This document shows, one piece after another, positions 1-14,764 of a stretch of DNA of 64,000 nt. The stretch spans positions 64,914,001-64,978,000 of the forward strand of contig OZ024743.1 in the NCBI GenBank assembly GCA_964016885.1, read 5' to 3'. Under the pieces are notes generated by a model. That model did no database searches and was not told the DNA's origin. It was given only the letters and a program-made list of their open reading frames with translations. Positions within the stretch are counted from its first letter, which is position 1. Every line of letters begins with the position of its first letter. Position numbers and translations under genes: made by a program. This DNA is from Eledone cirrhosa. Its lineage: Eukaryota.

Positions 1-177
1 ATCAAACGAAATATTGCCATTCTTTCTTTTTTTCTCTCTCTTTATTTGTTTAATGTGACACTGTAATACCCGAGAACATGCTTGGTCTTAATTTGGCTCT
101 GCCAATCTTTGATCGATCGTGAAAGGTTATAGATGTATGTATGTGCCTCTGTAAGCGAAAAACATACACACCAATTG

Positions 178-220
<43 letters not shown>

Positions 221-2392
221 CTGTCTTTCGCTTACACAAGCACATACATAAATATTTATATATTTACACACACACACACATATTACACAAAGGCAGGGAG
301 AGGACAGTTAGGGTGTATACGATACGTGTACCGAGAACGTATCGTCCTACAACACTTTCAGCTGTACATAGCGGCGTGTGGGTGGTGTTTATGTATATAA
401 GTACTTATATTATATAAATAAACAAAACAAACGCATTTGAATTACATATAAATAGAGGTGAGAAGATGGAGAAAACGTATGTATTCCGTAATTAAGTAGC
501 TTAGTTTAATGCGTTTGTGTAAATACTGGCATGACTTGCCTGAATGTATGTAAACTCAACTCGAGTTAGAGGGGAAAGTGTAAGAGAAAGGAAATTATAT
601 GTGAAAGTTTAAGAAGGAAAAATCAAAGACGAATGCAAGATACAAAAGAACCGAGGTGAAAAGTAAATAGCAAAAGCACGCACAGGCAACCTTCAGTCAG
701 TGATAAAGTGAATAATGATGATGATTTCTACTTCAGATACAAGACCGGTAATTTAGATAAGGGGAAAGTCGATTAAATTGAGCTCCAGTATTTAACTGGG
801 ACTTATTTTATCAATCCTTAAAAATTGTGTATGATAATGATTTCTAGTATAGGCACAAGCCAGTAATTTGGCGGGGAGAGGAAAGTCGATTAAATCAACA
901 TCAGTACTTAATTAGTACTTTATTTTATCGACCCAAGAAGGATGAAATGATTGTTGAACAAGATAGAACACCAAGTTGTGTACTTAGTTAAAGTACTTTC
1001 ACTGGTTGTATGCATAATTATTATATGTGAAAGGTAAATTTTATTTCATAATGTTAGCTATATTAAAAACAATATATTCACAAATAATATATACAATACT
1101 TAATGAATACTTCTTACAGAATGAAAATATAAACATAATATATATAATACTTAATACAGAATGAAAATATATAATGACATATAATAAATACAATTAATTG
1201 TATTTTAACTGCGATTGCTAATTGTGTATACATAGTTGGTTAACTTGAATCCGGTATAAAGAAAATTACGAGAAAACTTTAATACATGACTTAATTTAAT
1301 GTTTCTTTTGTTTCATAGAAGATTATTTGTCACAATTTATATAAAAGTGTAATGTCATTACATTGTGTACAAGACGGGAATTGTAAATTGAAATTAGATT
1401 TGTTTAATTTAACTATAATTAAATGAAATTTTTACCCAACCCAAATTGTGGTTTTTTTTCTTTTGACTCTATTTCTGTTCACTATTGGGAAACAAATCAA
1501 CTAATTTACCAGTATTCATTGTTTAGCTCCACGTCAGTCTTAAGCAGACATATGGTCAAATGTATTCCAGCCATGACCATCCTGTTTTTTTTTTTATTTA
1601 ACAAGGACAACATTGTCTAATGTGACCTTCCTGTTTTAAGACTATGGTAACATTTTGAGGGTAATTGGCTGTTAACAACTGGCCGAGCGATCTCAGAAGC
1701 CCCTTTCATGTTTGCCTCAAACATTATCCTTACGGGGTCAATAAAATTAAGTACCAGAAATGTACTGAATAATTGCTGGCCTTGTGCCAAAAGTAGAAAC
1801 AATTATTAGAAAGAAACTCTGGCGCCACTTGTGGTTGAATGTGAAGGTCTTTTACCCACTTTGTTTTTCTTTTTATTATCCCTCACTTTTTTCTCTTCAT
1901 TTGTCATCCCCCTTTCTTTTAAATTTTTAACATCAAGTTTAAAATATACGTGTGTTGGGTGAGTAAGAACATAACTTTCGTATTCCCTGCAATGCAAGGT
2001 GCGTGACTCAACCGCTCGCAATATATAAAGAAACAATTAAATTCGGCGCGGTAATCAAACGATACAGTCGTTCATTTCTCAATGTTACTTCTCCTTACGC
2101 CATATATATTTCTCGGTATGGTGAACTAACTGTTGTGTTACTACTTCTACCAAACTCGTCCCATGGACTGAGTGCTCTACCACTACGGATATTACCTACC
2201 AGTGTTCTTCCTCTCTCTCTATATATATAGATATACAGGGACACCCTGTATATCTATTATATATATATATATATCTACTCCAAAAACTTGTCGAGTGCTT
2301 TATATCAGTTATAAAAATATTTACTTGTTGTATCCCAACAATTTTAAATAGAACTTTTGCATATATATATATATATATATATGATAGATATA

Positions 2393-2493
2393 CAGGGTGT
2401 CCCCCAAAAATGTATACATACTCTGATTACCTGTACGGGCAATATTTATTAGAATGCTGTTGAAGTGTATATACATATTTTGAGGACACCCTA
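2393..2493. mobile_element. Tc1/mariner-type MITE (~100 bp)
   Basis: TA|CAGGGTGTCCCCCAAAAATGTATACATACT...AGTGTATATACATATTTTGAGGACACCCTA|TA, imperfect ~30-bp TIRs, within (TA)n. Confidence 0.7.
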
Positions 2494-4204
2494 TATATAT
2501 ATATATATATATACACATAAGTGGTAGTATTAAGTCTAAGCCACATTAACATTAACAGGATACGAAACACCGTCGCCCGCTTACCGAAGTTTTCATATTT
2601 ATTTTATTCACAGTTGTATAAATAACATTACAAATAGTTCGTGATTCTTTCAGATTGAAAATATAAACATGTCATCCAATATCAACAGTGTAGTCGAAGG
2701 TGTATCATGCACACTAAAATCAAAAACAATAAGGTCCTCGAATATGTAATATAGTTTATTGGTCTATATCCGTGTTAGAACAGGAAACAATTATTGGTAT
2801 AGGTGGTGGTGGAAGTGTTAGTATGTGTGTGCTTATGGGGGTGATGTTGTAGTTGTTGTTTTTCACCCACTTATTCCTAAGAGAGTCGTGGGGACAGAGT
2901 CCTCAAACCCTCCTTCTAGCAGGTCCTGTCAGAAGCAACTGTCCCCAATTGATCCAGCTGGGTCCTCAAGAGAGACCAGCCAAGCTCATGGATGTTATCC
3001 AACCAGCTTGCTCGACATAATCAAACCATTCATTAGGTTTTGGGGAAACACCGGCATCTCCGGTTGTTCTATTGAATAATTCAGGTAGCGTGCATTGCAT
3101 ATATTTTCTATTTTTATTTTTAATTCATTTTTATCGTTATTATCAATTTATTTTGGTGAATGTATGTAATTTAATTAATTGCATTCACAAAATGAAAACT
3201 CCATATCTACACACCACTTTCACAATAATAATGGTTTATGATTTAGGCACAAGGCCAGCAATTTTGTGGGAGGTAAAAGTCGATTAAATCGACCTCAGTG
3301 CGTGACTGGTACTTTATTTTATCGACCCCGTAAGGACGAAAGACAAAGCTAATCTCGTAAAACATAACAAGCATTTCTCTGATTTTTTAACAGCCTTTCT
3401 CAGTCAGCTGAGTAGGCCGGCGAATATTTCGTGTTTAACGCCACAACACAATACCAGTAACACTTCGTATACAAACTCAACGAAGCAACGAGGTTGTTTC
3501 AGTGTGATCGTTCGTACTGCTAGAAATAGTTGCTAAATTTTCCCCAAAACCATGCCTTAATCAAGGGAAGAGCCTGGGGGAAAAACAAAACAAAACAGGA
3601 TGGTTATACAGAAAGTTAACTAATGTTAAATATCAAGAACAAACAGCTATATTGTGTCAAGTTAAAATAATATTAGAACCAATGCAGGGAAATTACCTTC
3701 AAAGTACAACAAAAAAATTGGGGAGGCTTTATGAAAGAATTAGCGGCCAAATTCCTATCAAATTACACATAACAGTTTTGAAAAGGGGGAGGGGATATTG
3801 AATAATGTAGCTCTAGATATATAATATCCGGGAGAAGGAAGAGTCGTTGTTGGAGCCAATATTGTTCTGGGCGTAAACAATAACATTAAAATTCATATAT
3901 CATTAATTTTCTTATGATCGTACCGCCTCGAAAAAAGACATGTCTAATGATACTATTTCAGTCCCTAACCATAACCCTCATCCTTGCGAAAGATATCATG
4001 TGCCCCACAAAACGTGTAGAAAATATAAAAAAAAACTTATACTACGCACTGACCTCACTTGTCTAGGTGAGTGAACTTTGCAAGCACTTGTAGCAAGTAA
4101 CTCCAATTAGTTTTGCTCCCCGAGCACAGTTGGAGTTACTTGCTACACACTATAGCCGCTATACCTCTTGTACCACCACATATGTCTAAACTTCTAATTT
4201 TATT

Positions 4205-4590
4205 ATTATTATAATAATAATAAAATTATTGTGTACAGTGCTCAGGTGCACTACAACTCATCATAGGTGCAGGTATAGTACATAGAATATTATACAAATG
4301 TCAGGGAAGTGAATAGTGTATGAGTCATGATATACATGTGTGTATGTGTATGGAGGGGGAATATTATGTGTAGTGTTGGCGAATCTCAGGAAACATGGAG
4401 GTTTTAAAGGATGCAGTGTCTTGACAGCTAACAACTGATGCAGGTAGTTTGTTCCATGCTTCAGCAACTCTGAGCGTGAAAAAATGTTTCCGAAAGTCAT
4501 AGTAGCTGTTTTCTGACTTTGTAGGCATGCCCACGTGTGTTAGACGCATGGAGATCAAAAAGGTACTCAGGGTTGTTGTTGGGTTAATAA
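4205..4590 (-). mobile_element. CR1/L2-type LINE 3' end
   Basis: DFRKHFFTLRVAEAWNKLPASVV...ASFK, the typical CR1 C-terminus, plus a 3'UTR ending in (ATT)n. The UTR recurs on + at ~32060-32360, split by a SINE. Confidence 0.75.
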
Positions 4591-7303
4591 TTTTGTGGCA
4601 AGGACATCAATTTGGAGAGGGGAAAAAAAGGATTAAATCGAGACAGTTAATTACTGCATTACTACAGACCTCATGTACTCTCGGGCTGTGTATTTTAATT
4701 TTTTGTGTCTGAGGGGCCCCAAAACCTGAAGTCCCCCCCCCCCCCCGGTCTAAATATAGACACAGTACACCCATAGAAATACAATCTTAATCCCTAACCC
4801 TAGTCGGAACTAAGTATTGTGCGCTTTTCTCATATCTTTACTCACTCTCATCTGGAAGAAATCAGCTGTGTTTAGACCTGGAGATGGGCTCCACCAGGTC
4901 TAAAATGCTCAAGAAACGCCGCATGTCACGACGGTACCCTGGCAACTCCATACATACATCTTTATAAGTTACTATTGATCTAAAATAAATTGCCCTCTTT
5001 TACAGTATTTAAATAAAATTTGACCTTTCCTCTGATTTTATTTGTTCACCATGTTAGCAACATCATATGTAAATTCAGTATTTTATAGTTTGAGTTCACA
5101 TAATTATTTATGCAAGAACCGCACACTCAGTCACACGACACAACAAAGGGCGCTTTAAAAAATTCTGGATAGACAATTTTTTGCAAAAAATGTATTTCAG
5201 GTTTTTTTTCTAAACTTTTTTTTAAAACTGAGATCGGGCTCGCCTGAAATGTCGGTGAGGCAAGCCGCCAACAATAACAAAATAACAAGAACCTCGTTGT
5301 CTGTAGCCCGGGTTCCCCAAATATCTAGAACACCACAGATTGAATAAAATAGTTTGCTGGTAATTCTTAGTATGTATTTTTTGGCTAAATTCGTGAAATG
5401 TTTTACCTGGGACCATCATATATTTGCCCAACTCATTAAAGTAAACTTAACAAAAAAATTATTTTGCTCTACCAATAATAGATATTAAGATTATATTTTT
5501 GTTTACCATCTACCAAGATTTTAATAACAATATTTTGTAAAAAAAAGAAAACATACAATTTATATTTCAAAAAGAAGTTATACAATGATGGAAATATTAA
5601 AAAGAAAGATAAAAACATAAGTAATGAGAAAAAGGGTTAAGAAGGGCAGATCTGGCTGTAGAGGAAAGGACTATAAATGCCATAAATAAGAGAAAGGGGA
5701 AGAAAAGAGCAAGGACTATTGGGCCACAGAAGAAAAGGAGGGGGAAAGGAAGAAAGTGATGGTCTTTGGGCCTAGGGTGGGGTGATGTTTGGGCTGCGCC
5801 CTATAATAATACATTTGTTATGCATTCGAGTGGTTATTTCCAGTCGTTAGTATTATATGATTTTATATCTCCTAAACCCTCTGTACGATCGGTCGATTTG
5901 CTAGAGATAGCTGCCAAATCCCACCACACGCAAATAATTCTTTCTTAAAATAAAGCACTTAACCAGTTCTTCATTTTATCGACTCCAGAAGGATGAAAGG
6001 CAAAGTTGACCTCAGCGAGATTGGAACTCTGAAGGTAAAACACCGTAACGAAATATTGTATGGCAATTTGTCCGACGCTCTAACAACTGAGCCAATCCAC
6101 TGCTCTCATCCACTCCCAAATAATACGCTATCATCTTAAATAATTCAGTCTTAGATACCTCGAAAAAGACTGGATGTTCATAGGTCGAATGTCTTTGATC
6201 ATAGATCAAAGACATTCGACCAGGGACATTTTACAAACACCAATTTACAAGTTATCCTGGTCTTTTCAACTTTGCCAACACGAAATAAACACAAGCACGT
6301 TTTACATCGAAGTTGAGAGAGACCAGAAATAATCTTGTTGGTTTTCATCTCTAAATTACCGCGGACAATTATGATTAGTTAAAAGGAAAAGAAAGAAAGA
6401 AAAGATTCATGTATGGAATACAATATTATAGACAACCATGTGTATATTTTTACTTCACTAAATTCTACATTCCTTATTATTCCCTGCTTTTTATTTCTTT
6501 TTTCTTTTTTCCTTATATAAATGTCCAGTACATATACGTACAAACTTACGAAATATATATGTAGAAGCTTGCTTTTTTAAATAGATTTTCATGTTTGAAA
6601 TGCATACACATAAAATCAGAACAAATTGGCAATAATCTATAAAATCTACATTAAAGTAACCTGGAAGTTAAAGAATTCTTCTAAACAATTCGTTCTTACT
6701 GTGTTATTTGTTGAAATGTAAGTAATACATTTTTCACAAAAACGCGGCCCCGTAACTCTAATAGTCGTAGGGGCATCGTATTGACGTAAAGTGTTTCTAG
6801 GGCATTTTAAAACGTGGCAGAACCCATCTCTCAAGATCTGAATACAGCACATGGCCTCCAGAGAAGGATAGAGAAAGTGAGAGAATGGTATTGAGAAAGA
6901 GATATAGAGGAAGAATTGACCCAGTACTAGACTGGTACTTTTTTTATTGACCGCGAATGGATGAAAGGCAAAGTTGACCTCAGCGGGATTTGAACTCAGA
7001 GAGCCGAAACTAATACCGCAATAATAATACCGACGTTCTAAAGACAACCAATGCGCCGCCTTACACAGTATTTTTTAGAAGTGGAGAAGACCTGTTCACT
7101 CAATCCCACGCCACAAAAAAGGGGCAGGATCCGCTAATAATTTTTTAGGCAAGCCAAATACATTCTCATCATTGCCGGTAGTGATAGCGGGGCTCTGGTG
7201 CTGGAATAAGCAGGCATGATTGTTTCATGTGTAAAAAGAAATTTAAAATTTATTTCTTTTCATTCTAGATATAACTATATTTTATGAGGAGGTCAGTTGA
7301 ATC

Positions 7304-7825
7304 CAGGGTTGGATTTGACCTCGGAGGGCCCGGGGCATTTCAGGGGTGGGTCCTCCTCATACACAAAGTTAGAATACACAGCCCCCCCCCCCCCCCCCCA
7401 TCAAAGTTAGCTTGGCGCAAGTAATTGGAATTGAAAAGTTATACACACACACAGGCTTTGTTTCAGGGGGGTACCAGGGGATAAGTCCCCCCCCCCCCCC
7501 CACCCACACACACTTTTTCAAACTTCTATATTTTATTTTTTGTTTATTTGATATAATAAATTCTTTTTAAGCTTATTTTTTTATATCTGAATTTCATTTG
7601 AATATGTAAAATTTTACTTGTGTAATAGGGTCCGGGAAAGGCACCATAACCAATTTATGCTCCTTTAAGAATCAACAAATGTTGGTTTGTCCCCCTCACA
7701 TTTTTAAGACAAACGAGGTCCCTGCATACAGGTATTAAATTCAAAAATTCTAACCACACTAAAACTACAAAACCCAGCTGAAGGCACAAATAACTTGCTA
7801 CGACCCCCTATTAAATCTGGCCCTA
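7304..7825. mobile_element. hAT-type MITE (same family) carrying a nested insertion at ~7452-7724
   Basis: Exact 8-bp TSD GTTGAATC (7296-7303 / 7826-7833). Colinear with 57061-57345 except for an extra CAGG...CCCTG-bounded segment. Confidence 0.8.
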
Positions 7826-9779
7826 GTTGAATCGACTACCCACGGTATTTAGTGGGTGGACCTTTCACGTTCTAAGTTCATATCCTACCGTAGCTTTTCA
7901 TTCTTCCGTGGTCCATAAATAATAAAAATACTAATCTAATACTTAGGTCGATTTAATTTTCTTATAAAACATCCTCTTAGAAGACTAAAACTAGCTGTGG
8001 TTTAAACACGAAAGAAACCTCCATTTCACTGTTCGTCTGCTAGTAAACCTTCGTTGTTAAATTGAAAATTGGTAGAAGGAAAACACGTTAAAATCAACCA
8101 TAATACGTCACGTGTTTGTAAATTTATGTATATCTCCGTCTGTAACTCTTTAAAATTTACACATATACACAATCTAATTCCTACCTCAGTCATGCTATCA
8201 TAATGATCATAATAATTTAACTTTCCAATCACAAGGTTTTAACCCTACATTTGTCATTGTAAATAGTTATTTCTCCAAAGTTACTCTTACATTTAATGCT
8301 GTATGTCATTTGCACGGTACATATATATTGAACATTTATGTAATTATATCCTAAATATAAATGTTTAAAATATCATTTTTATCTTGAATCAATATAAACT
8401 CTAGGGTTTCTTTTGTGCAAACCATAAATTTACCCAAAATGCAAATTTCCCAGTTTGTATGATTGTTCATATATCCAGTAATCCTGGTATATATATGTCA
8501 TATCAAAGCTGGAACCCCTAAATGAAATACATTCAACGCTATTGCCGCCCTTATAGGTTCACTAGTAAATTATTAAAATATCATTCTCATCTGTAACCAC
8601 TTCCACATAACCTATAGGGTTCCTCTCATGCAAACCATCTCAAATTTCCCTGTAATTCTCGTATACATGGGATTCCAATCCTGGTCTCCAAAAATTAAAT
8701 ACATTCAATACTATTGCCTTCCTTATTGTCAGCGCTGGTCCACTAGTATAAGAATAAACGATATTTCAATATTTCAAGATTTCATTGGTGGTATAATATT
8801 TTCGGCAACCATCGGGTTATTTCAGATACAGTTCAATGCTCGGTTCTATGTTGAAACTCTGTCATTGACAATTTTTTGTCGGGAGTGAATTAAGACCGGT
8901 GACACATGTAAATAATCCCTTAATATCTTCAGAGGTTCTTTTATTGTAAAGTACTCCTTCCCACATGCATAACAAACGGCAAATATTCATTGACGAATGT
9001 TACAAAGTTCTTGGATAAGGGATCCACAGAAAACGAGTGATTTACGACAATTTTGAAGTTCATATTCCTTTAAAACATCAAGATCGGTAGAAAATTAAAT
9101 TTCACCGTCAAAATTCTAACTATTAAACATTGTTTTTTTCACTCTGACACCCTTCTCGGAGATGGATGTAATAGTAAAAATTTACCTGATGAACAACTAT
9201 ATATTAAACAAAACGGATACATTTCCCTATGTTAACTTTATATTTTGTTTTTCTTGTATAAATGAGAAATTTATTGATTCTGGATAGAAGATATATAAAG
9301 TTGACCTCAGTGGGATTTTAACCTCGAAGAACGAAACAAAATAAAATTACAGACAATAAATCAATTTACAGTTGTATAAATAACATTACAAATATTGCTG
9401 GAAATATGGGATAAAAACAAAACCAATCAAAGAACAGAGGTGGGGAAGGGGTGAAGAAAGGCAGATCTGACTATAGGAAAGTAGAAGGGCTATGTATCTT
9501 TGCTGTCATATAAGCAGAGAAAACTTTTTATTTTATTTTATTTTGTTTTATTTTTTTCTCGGTAGAGTGCAGAAATGTATGTGAGCTTTGTTAGTTATTT
9601 GGTAGATAGAATAAATAGGTAGATAAGATGTGTATATACATATGAATGAATAAATAGAAAACTGGATAGGAAGGTAAATAAATAGAAACGGGGTAAAAAA
9701 GACAAGTAAATAGATAGAAAACGTAAGTTGTTAGATCGTATAATAAAACCCTTTTATTCAGATTGTTTAGTTTTAAGCA

Positions 9780-11220
9780 GACATCATCATTTGGGCTCTA
9801 ATTGCATTGGTGACTTCAGCCTCTGAAAGGTTATTGATTACTCCCAGATGTACCTCATGTACAAAAAATATTATGACCGGGTTTAGGAGATCCTCTCCAC
9901 CTAAAAAGAGGAGAACTCTGCTATGCCAATTTTGGATGCCTTTAATCTTTCTGCTGCACCTTTTTGTTACTGCTTGTACTGTAAGTGCAAGAAGGACTTA
10001 ATTTCAAGCCAAGCTTTGTAAGACCCCATTTTTTACTCCTGATTGAATCAATGGGTCCTCCTGCCAATCTGCGCCACACCAAACTGCTTTCACTCGCAGC
10101 ATTTAACAACTTAAGCAGAAACTGCCAAGCTCTACTCAGTTTCAATATCCTCAGTTTGCTCAAAGAGTTCTCTTATTTAAGATGCAATAATATCTGCAAA
10201 CCTGGTCTTTACCTCTTTATCAGCCAACACTTTCCACTTTATCCTGTAAGTGGAGCTGGATCTGCCAGTTTTGTGGGTTTTCTTGGCTTTAGGTAGTCTC
10301 GGGTTGTAAATAACTAGATAGTGATCTGTTGACAGTTCAGTTCCTCTCTTCACACAAACAACCAGCACAGAATCAAGGAAATCTCAGACAATAACAAAAT
10401 CAATCATTATTGATCTCTGTCCTTAATTTCCATATACCATGTGTATTTATGGAGGTCTTTGTGCTGGAAGGTATTCATAATAGAGAGTTCATTTCCAGAA
10501 CAGAAATCTTATAAGGCCCCTCCATTCATATTCAGATCAAAATTGCTGTTACTTCCAATCACTCCTTTCAGGTAGTCAGTACCAACATGAAATCTCCCAT
10601 GATGATATATGACTCAGTTGTAACTACATCTAATGATGTAGTGACCTCATCTGTTTTCAGACTCTCTGTTTGGTGCATAAACTTGCACCATCCACAGAGA
10701 CCTTCTATCAGCCTCAGCTTCAAGAGGCAAATCCTCCTTCTGAATAAAATCCAGTTCATAACACATTCTGACAGCTGGGGGCTTGTGAGTATCCCCACTC
10801 CCACCTGTGCAGGCTTTTCTAGTGCCACACCTGATAATGGAGTTTCCATCCTCCATCCAAATCTATAGTACCAGAGCCATGGAACTTTGTTGAGGAAACG
10901 TGGCTATATCTAGCTGGTAGCATCTGACCTCCACTAATTCCTACTCCTTACCTGTAAAAGCTGTAATGTTTCAGGTTCCAATTGTCAAGGTGTGCTCTCT
11001 TCTGGACCCTCTTTGGGGTCTCAGGATATGTAACCTTTGTGCTTCCATCCCAAGCCTCCCAGGACAAGTCACAGGCCCATCACCAGTTCTTGCAGTGTTA
11101 GGTAGAGACTGCAATATACTTTCCAAACAGGCCCCTCTACCTAAGGCCTGAATGGAGGATGATGTAGTATGGATGTCTTTTCTGTTTCCAGCCATATTGA
11201 AGTGTTTTGGTAGTCTTATT
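9780..11220 (-). mobile_element. Decayed RTE-type LINE 5' region (APE endonuclease)
   Basis: Frameshifted pieces TLTIGT, GVGILTSPQL, VQVYAPN, IIMGDF and LSTDHYLV, which are AP-endonuclease motifs. Confidence 0.75.
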
Positions 11221-11939
11221 CGTGCCAGTCATGTGATGATGAGGCTTTTTTAGAGGTGGCCTTTACTTGTCTTGTCATAACTACATCACTGGGTTTTGAG
11301 AGTTTTCTTGGGAGCTAACAATGTTAACCATTGCTTCAACTCTCCTAGTAGTTTACTGTTGTTGGCATGGGATTGCTTATTCATCCGGCAGGAGCCTGCT
11401 TATATCACAACTAACCATCATATCTGGTGGCCATATTGCTATCCACCATCTGCAACCCGTGCTGTACCAGAACAGCTCTACTGAGATCAAAGTGCAGTGT
11501 CTGTTCTTATCAGCTTAAAAACTTATACAATCCCTAAACAGGATCATCGATATTAAACTGATTTCTGGAACTTGGTGAAGTGCTAGGGGCTTGCTCCACC
11601 ATTGCCACGAGTTGACCCAGGATTTCAGTATATTAACATTTAAACCAGCCATATCCAGCCAGAATTCTCTCACTTCTTTCTGTTCAAACCGACCATAACC
11701 AGCTCCTCATACCAACATTAAGGTTTGCTTCTCAAAATAAATGATATCAAAATTTCATAGATTGGATATTATGTGAAATAATTATGAGATAAAGCATTTA
11801 CTGCGAAAATACAATAGTAAATATAGAATAATGTAAACACTAAAGGGTTAAAACCTTTCACCATAATTATATGTAAGAACTTCATGTTAAGTAATGACCA
11901 AAAGAATACAATCGCGAATACAAAGGGCCAAAATTGGAT

Positions 11940-12290
11940 TCCTCCAAAGGGTCTCTGGAGTAACGTTGCTTGATAGAGATCAGAGATCAGAGAGTCACTC
12001 CAGGTAGAGCTGTTACTTCTCTGAATTGAGAGATCACAGCTCCAATACTATGGACATGTAATTAGAATGTCTCAGGAAAGAATTGCAGGACAGATTTTAC
12101 GGGCAAACCAACCAGTAGGTGACCCAGGGGTAAACCTCGAGCAAGATGGTTAGATAACATCCATGAGGCTTGGCTGATCTCACTTGGGGGATCCAGCCAG
12201 ATTAGCTAAAGATGGTTGCTTCTGACAGGATCCACTGGAAGGAGTGTTTGAGGACTCTGCCCCCATGACCCTTCTGGGAATAAGTAAACA
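11940..12290 (+). mobile_element. RTE (Expander/Rex3-like) 3' end; other copies at ~2860-3010 (-), ~33125-33415 (+), ~43540-43870 (-)
   Basis: Translates as LLL.IERSQL...GHVIRMSQERIAGQILRA.P.GR.PRGKPRARWLDNIHE. Near-identical text recurs at the other loci. Confidence 0.7.
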
Positions 12291-14713
12291 AAGAAGAAGG
12301 TTTCTTTGCCATTAAAGACAGGAAATTCTTTGAACAGGAAATAATGGATCTACCTAGAAGATGGTGGAAGGTACTGGGACAAAATGGCAAATATATCATT
12401 GATTGAATAAATTGCTTTGGGTTTAAAACTGTGTTTCATTTTCTCTAAGAAAACCGAATGTACTTTTTGGCCAAGCCAATACAGAGAAAATACAATAATA
12501 TTTAACATTCTATCTATTTTATTTATATCTTAGGCATGTTTCACATGTGATTTAAAAGATACTGTTAAGAGTTTGTTTTGACTTTTGAGAAAAACAGCAA
12601 ACCAGCTGATAACCTCAGATAATCATTTGAGCTTGATAAATTATATATAATCTACAGACGCACACACAAGTGTGTGTATGAATGTGTGTGTGTGTGTATG
12701 CATGTGTGATTGTGTGGTGAGAGAGAAACATGCACATACATAGTCTTTTCATTATTTATTTACCCTCTGTATTTTGGTTTCAAATACCACAGAGGTCAAC
12801 TTTATCTTTCATATTTTTGTGGTCAATAAAATAAAGTGCCAGTAAAAGTGCTGGGGTCCTTTTAACAACTTCCCCTCCCCACAAATGACTAACCTTATGC
12901 TTAAAGTAGAAATCATTATTATTCACAGTGGATTGGTAGTATCAGTAGAGCATCAGACACCATGCTTCACAGCATAGTTACGGTCCTTTACAGGCTGAGT
13001 TCAAATCCCGCTGAGGTTAGCTTTGCCTTTCTTCCTTGGTCCCTGCACTGCTGATTTCCTCCGAAAAGTCAGAAAGACGGCGGCCTTCGTGAGGTGAGGT
13101 GGCTGTTACAGCGGGTGTCACTGGCCATTCTCTGTGGTAATGTTTTTGCTGATGAGTCTGTGGAGTACAGCTGAGGCACTGCTCAGCCCGGGGTGCAGTG
13201 ACTTTCCATGCCCCTCCCTTTCTTTCACTGCTTGATCCTTCTTTTATCTTCTCCCTTTTCTGTTCCCTTTATTAGTGTGTTTTGTTTTTATTAGATACTG
13301 CTCAATTATTTTTATATGTCAATGGCCTTTCATGACATTGTGAGATTTTGTATATCTGTTATTAACATTGGGTTGTGTGATTGAGGTGAGAATGTCTGTT
13401 TTGGAGGGAGGGAGGGGTTGGGGGGGATTTTTTTTTGTGGGGAGGGGGGAAAATGTGTCTGTTTGTCTGTAACTGTCATTTTAATTTTATTTTCTGTCTT
13501 TTTTTAATTATTTTTTCTTTATTAGGTAGAATGTCTTTCTATGTGGTGGGGTGAGCATTAGAAGTGCTATCACACTGTGGGGGTTCCTCCTACTGTAACC
13601 TCAGTAGATGCCATAGCTACAAATATTTTACTAATTTTAAAGTAATGTAGTTAATATGAAGTATTGTGAGATATGTAGTTAAAGACTGATAATTTTTTTT
13701 CAAAACTGGTTTAATGCATTAGAAAAATATGAAGGGCAAATAATAACAAATGAAACAAAACAAAACAAAGTCATGTTTTACCCAGTGTATTTTAGCATAT
13801 TTCAGAGCTATTTCCCTCTTTTCAGATGCGAAGCTGAAACAGTCCAGGACAAGACAAAACAAACGATTAGAGTTTTCAGAGTTTTCTTCCTTAACTGGTC
13901 TATGTGTTGGAGAAATTGTATGCGCATGCGTTGGGTTGCTGAAGGTCACTGCTAGCTCTCACTATGTGCGCAACTGTGTGTTGCCATCTGTTGGTGCGCT
14001 ACATAACTAGTCCAGAAACTTGAAGATACCATTTTATATATTTCTATTTGGCACGGTTTCTATGGTTCGATACCTTTCCTAACACCAACCACTTTACAGA
14101 GTGTACTGGGTGTATTTTATCATGGCATCATCACTACCACTTTACTGAGTGTACTGAGTGTATTTTATCATGGTACCAACAATATCACTTTACAGAGTAC
14201 ACTGGGTGTATTTAATCATGGTATCATCACTATCAATTTACAGAGTATACTGGGTGTATTTTATGAAGACACCAGTACTGCTATTTTACAGAGTGCTCTG
14301 GGTGTATTTTATCATAGCACCAGTATTACCACTTTACAGAGTGTACTGGGTGTATTTTATCATAGCACCAGCACTACTACTTTACAGAGTGCTCTGGGTG
14401 TATTTATTCATAGCACCAGTATTACCACTTATGGTATGCTTATTATGAAACTCCACCTTAGAATTATTGTGATTATACTGGCTACCCAGATGTTCCGAAT
14501 CCCACCCCCACCCAGCACCAAATTTTGGCAATGGGCCTGCTTCTATCTGATTATTCAAGCACAGAAGCATGACAGGAGGTCATCATTTTCATCATCGTCA
14601 CATTTACGTCTGTTTTTTTCCATTGCTGGAATTCTTGTAGTAGGTCTAATCCAATGAAGGTTGATGGAGTGCTAACTAATAACAGCAACATCACTCAACT
14701 TATTCTCATCTTC

Positions 14714-14764
<51 letters not shown>

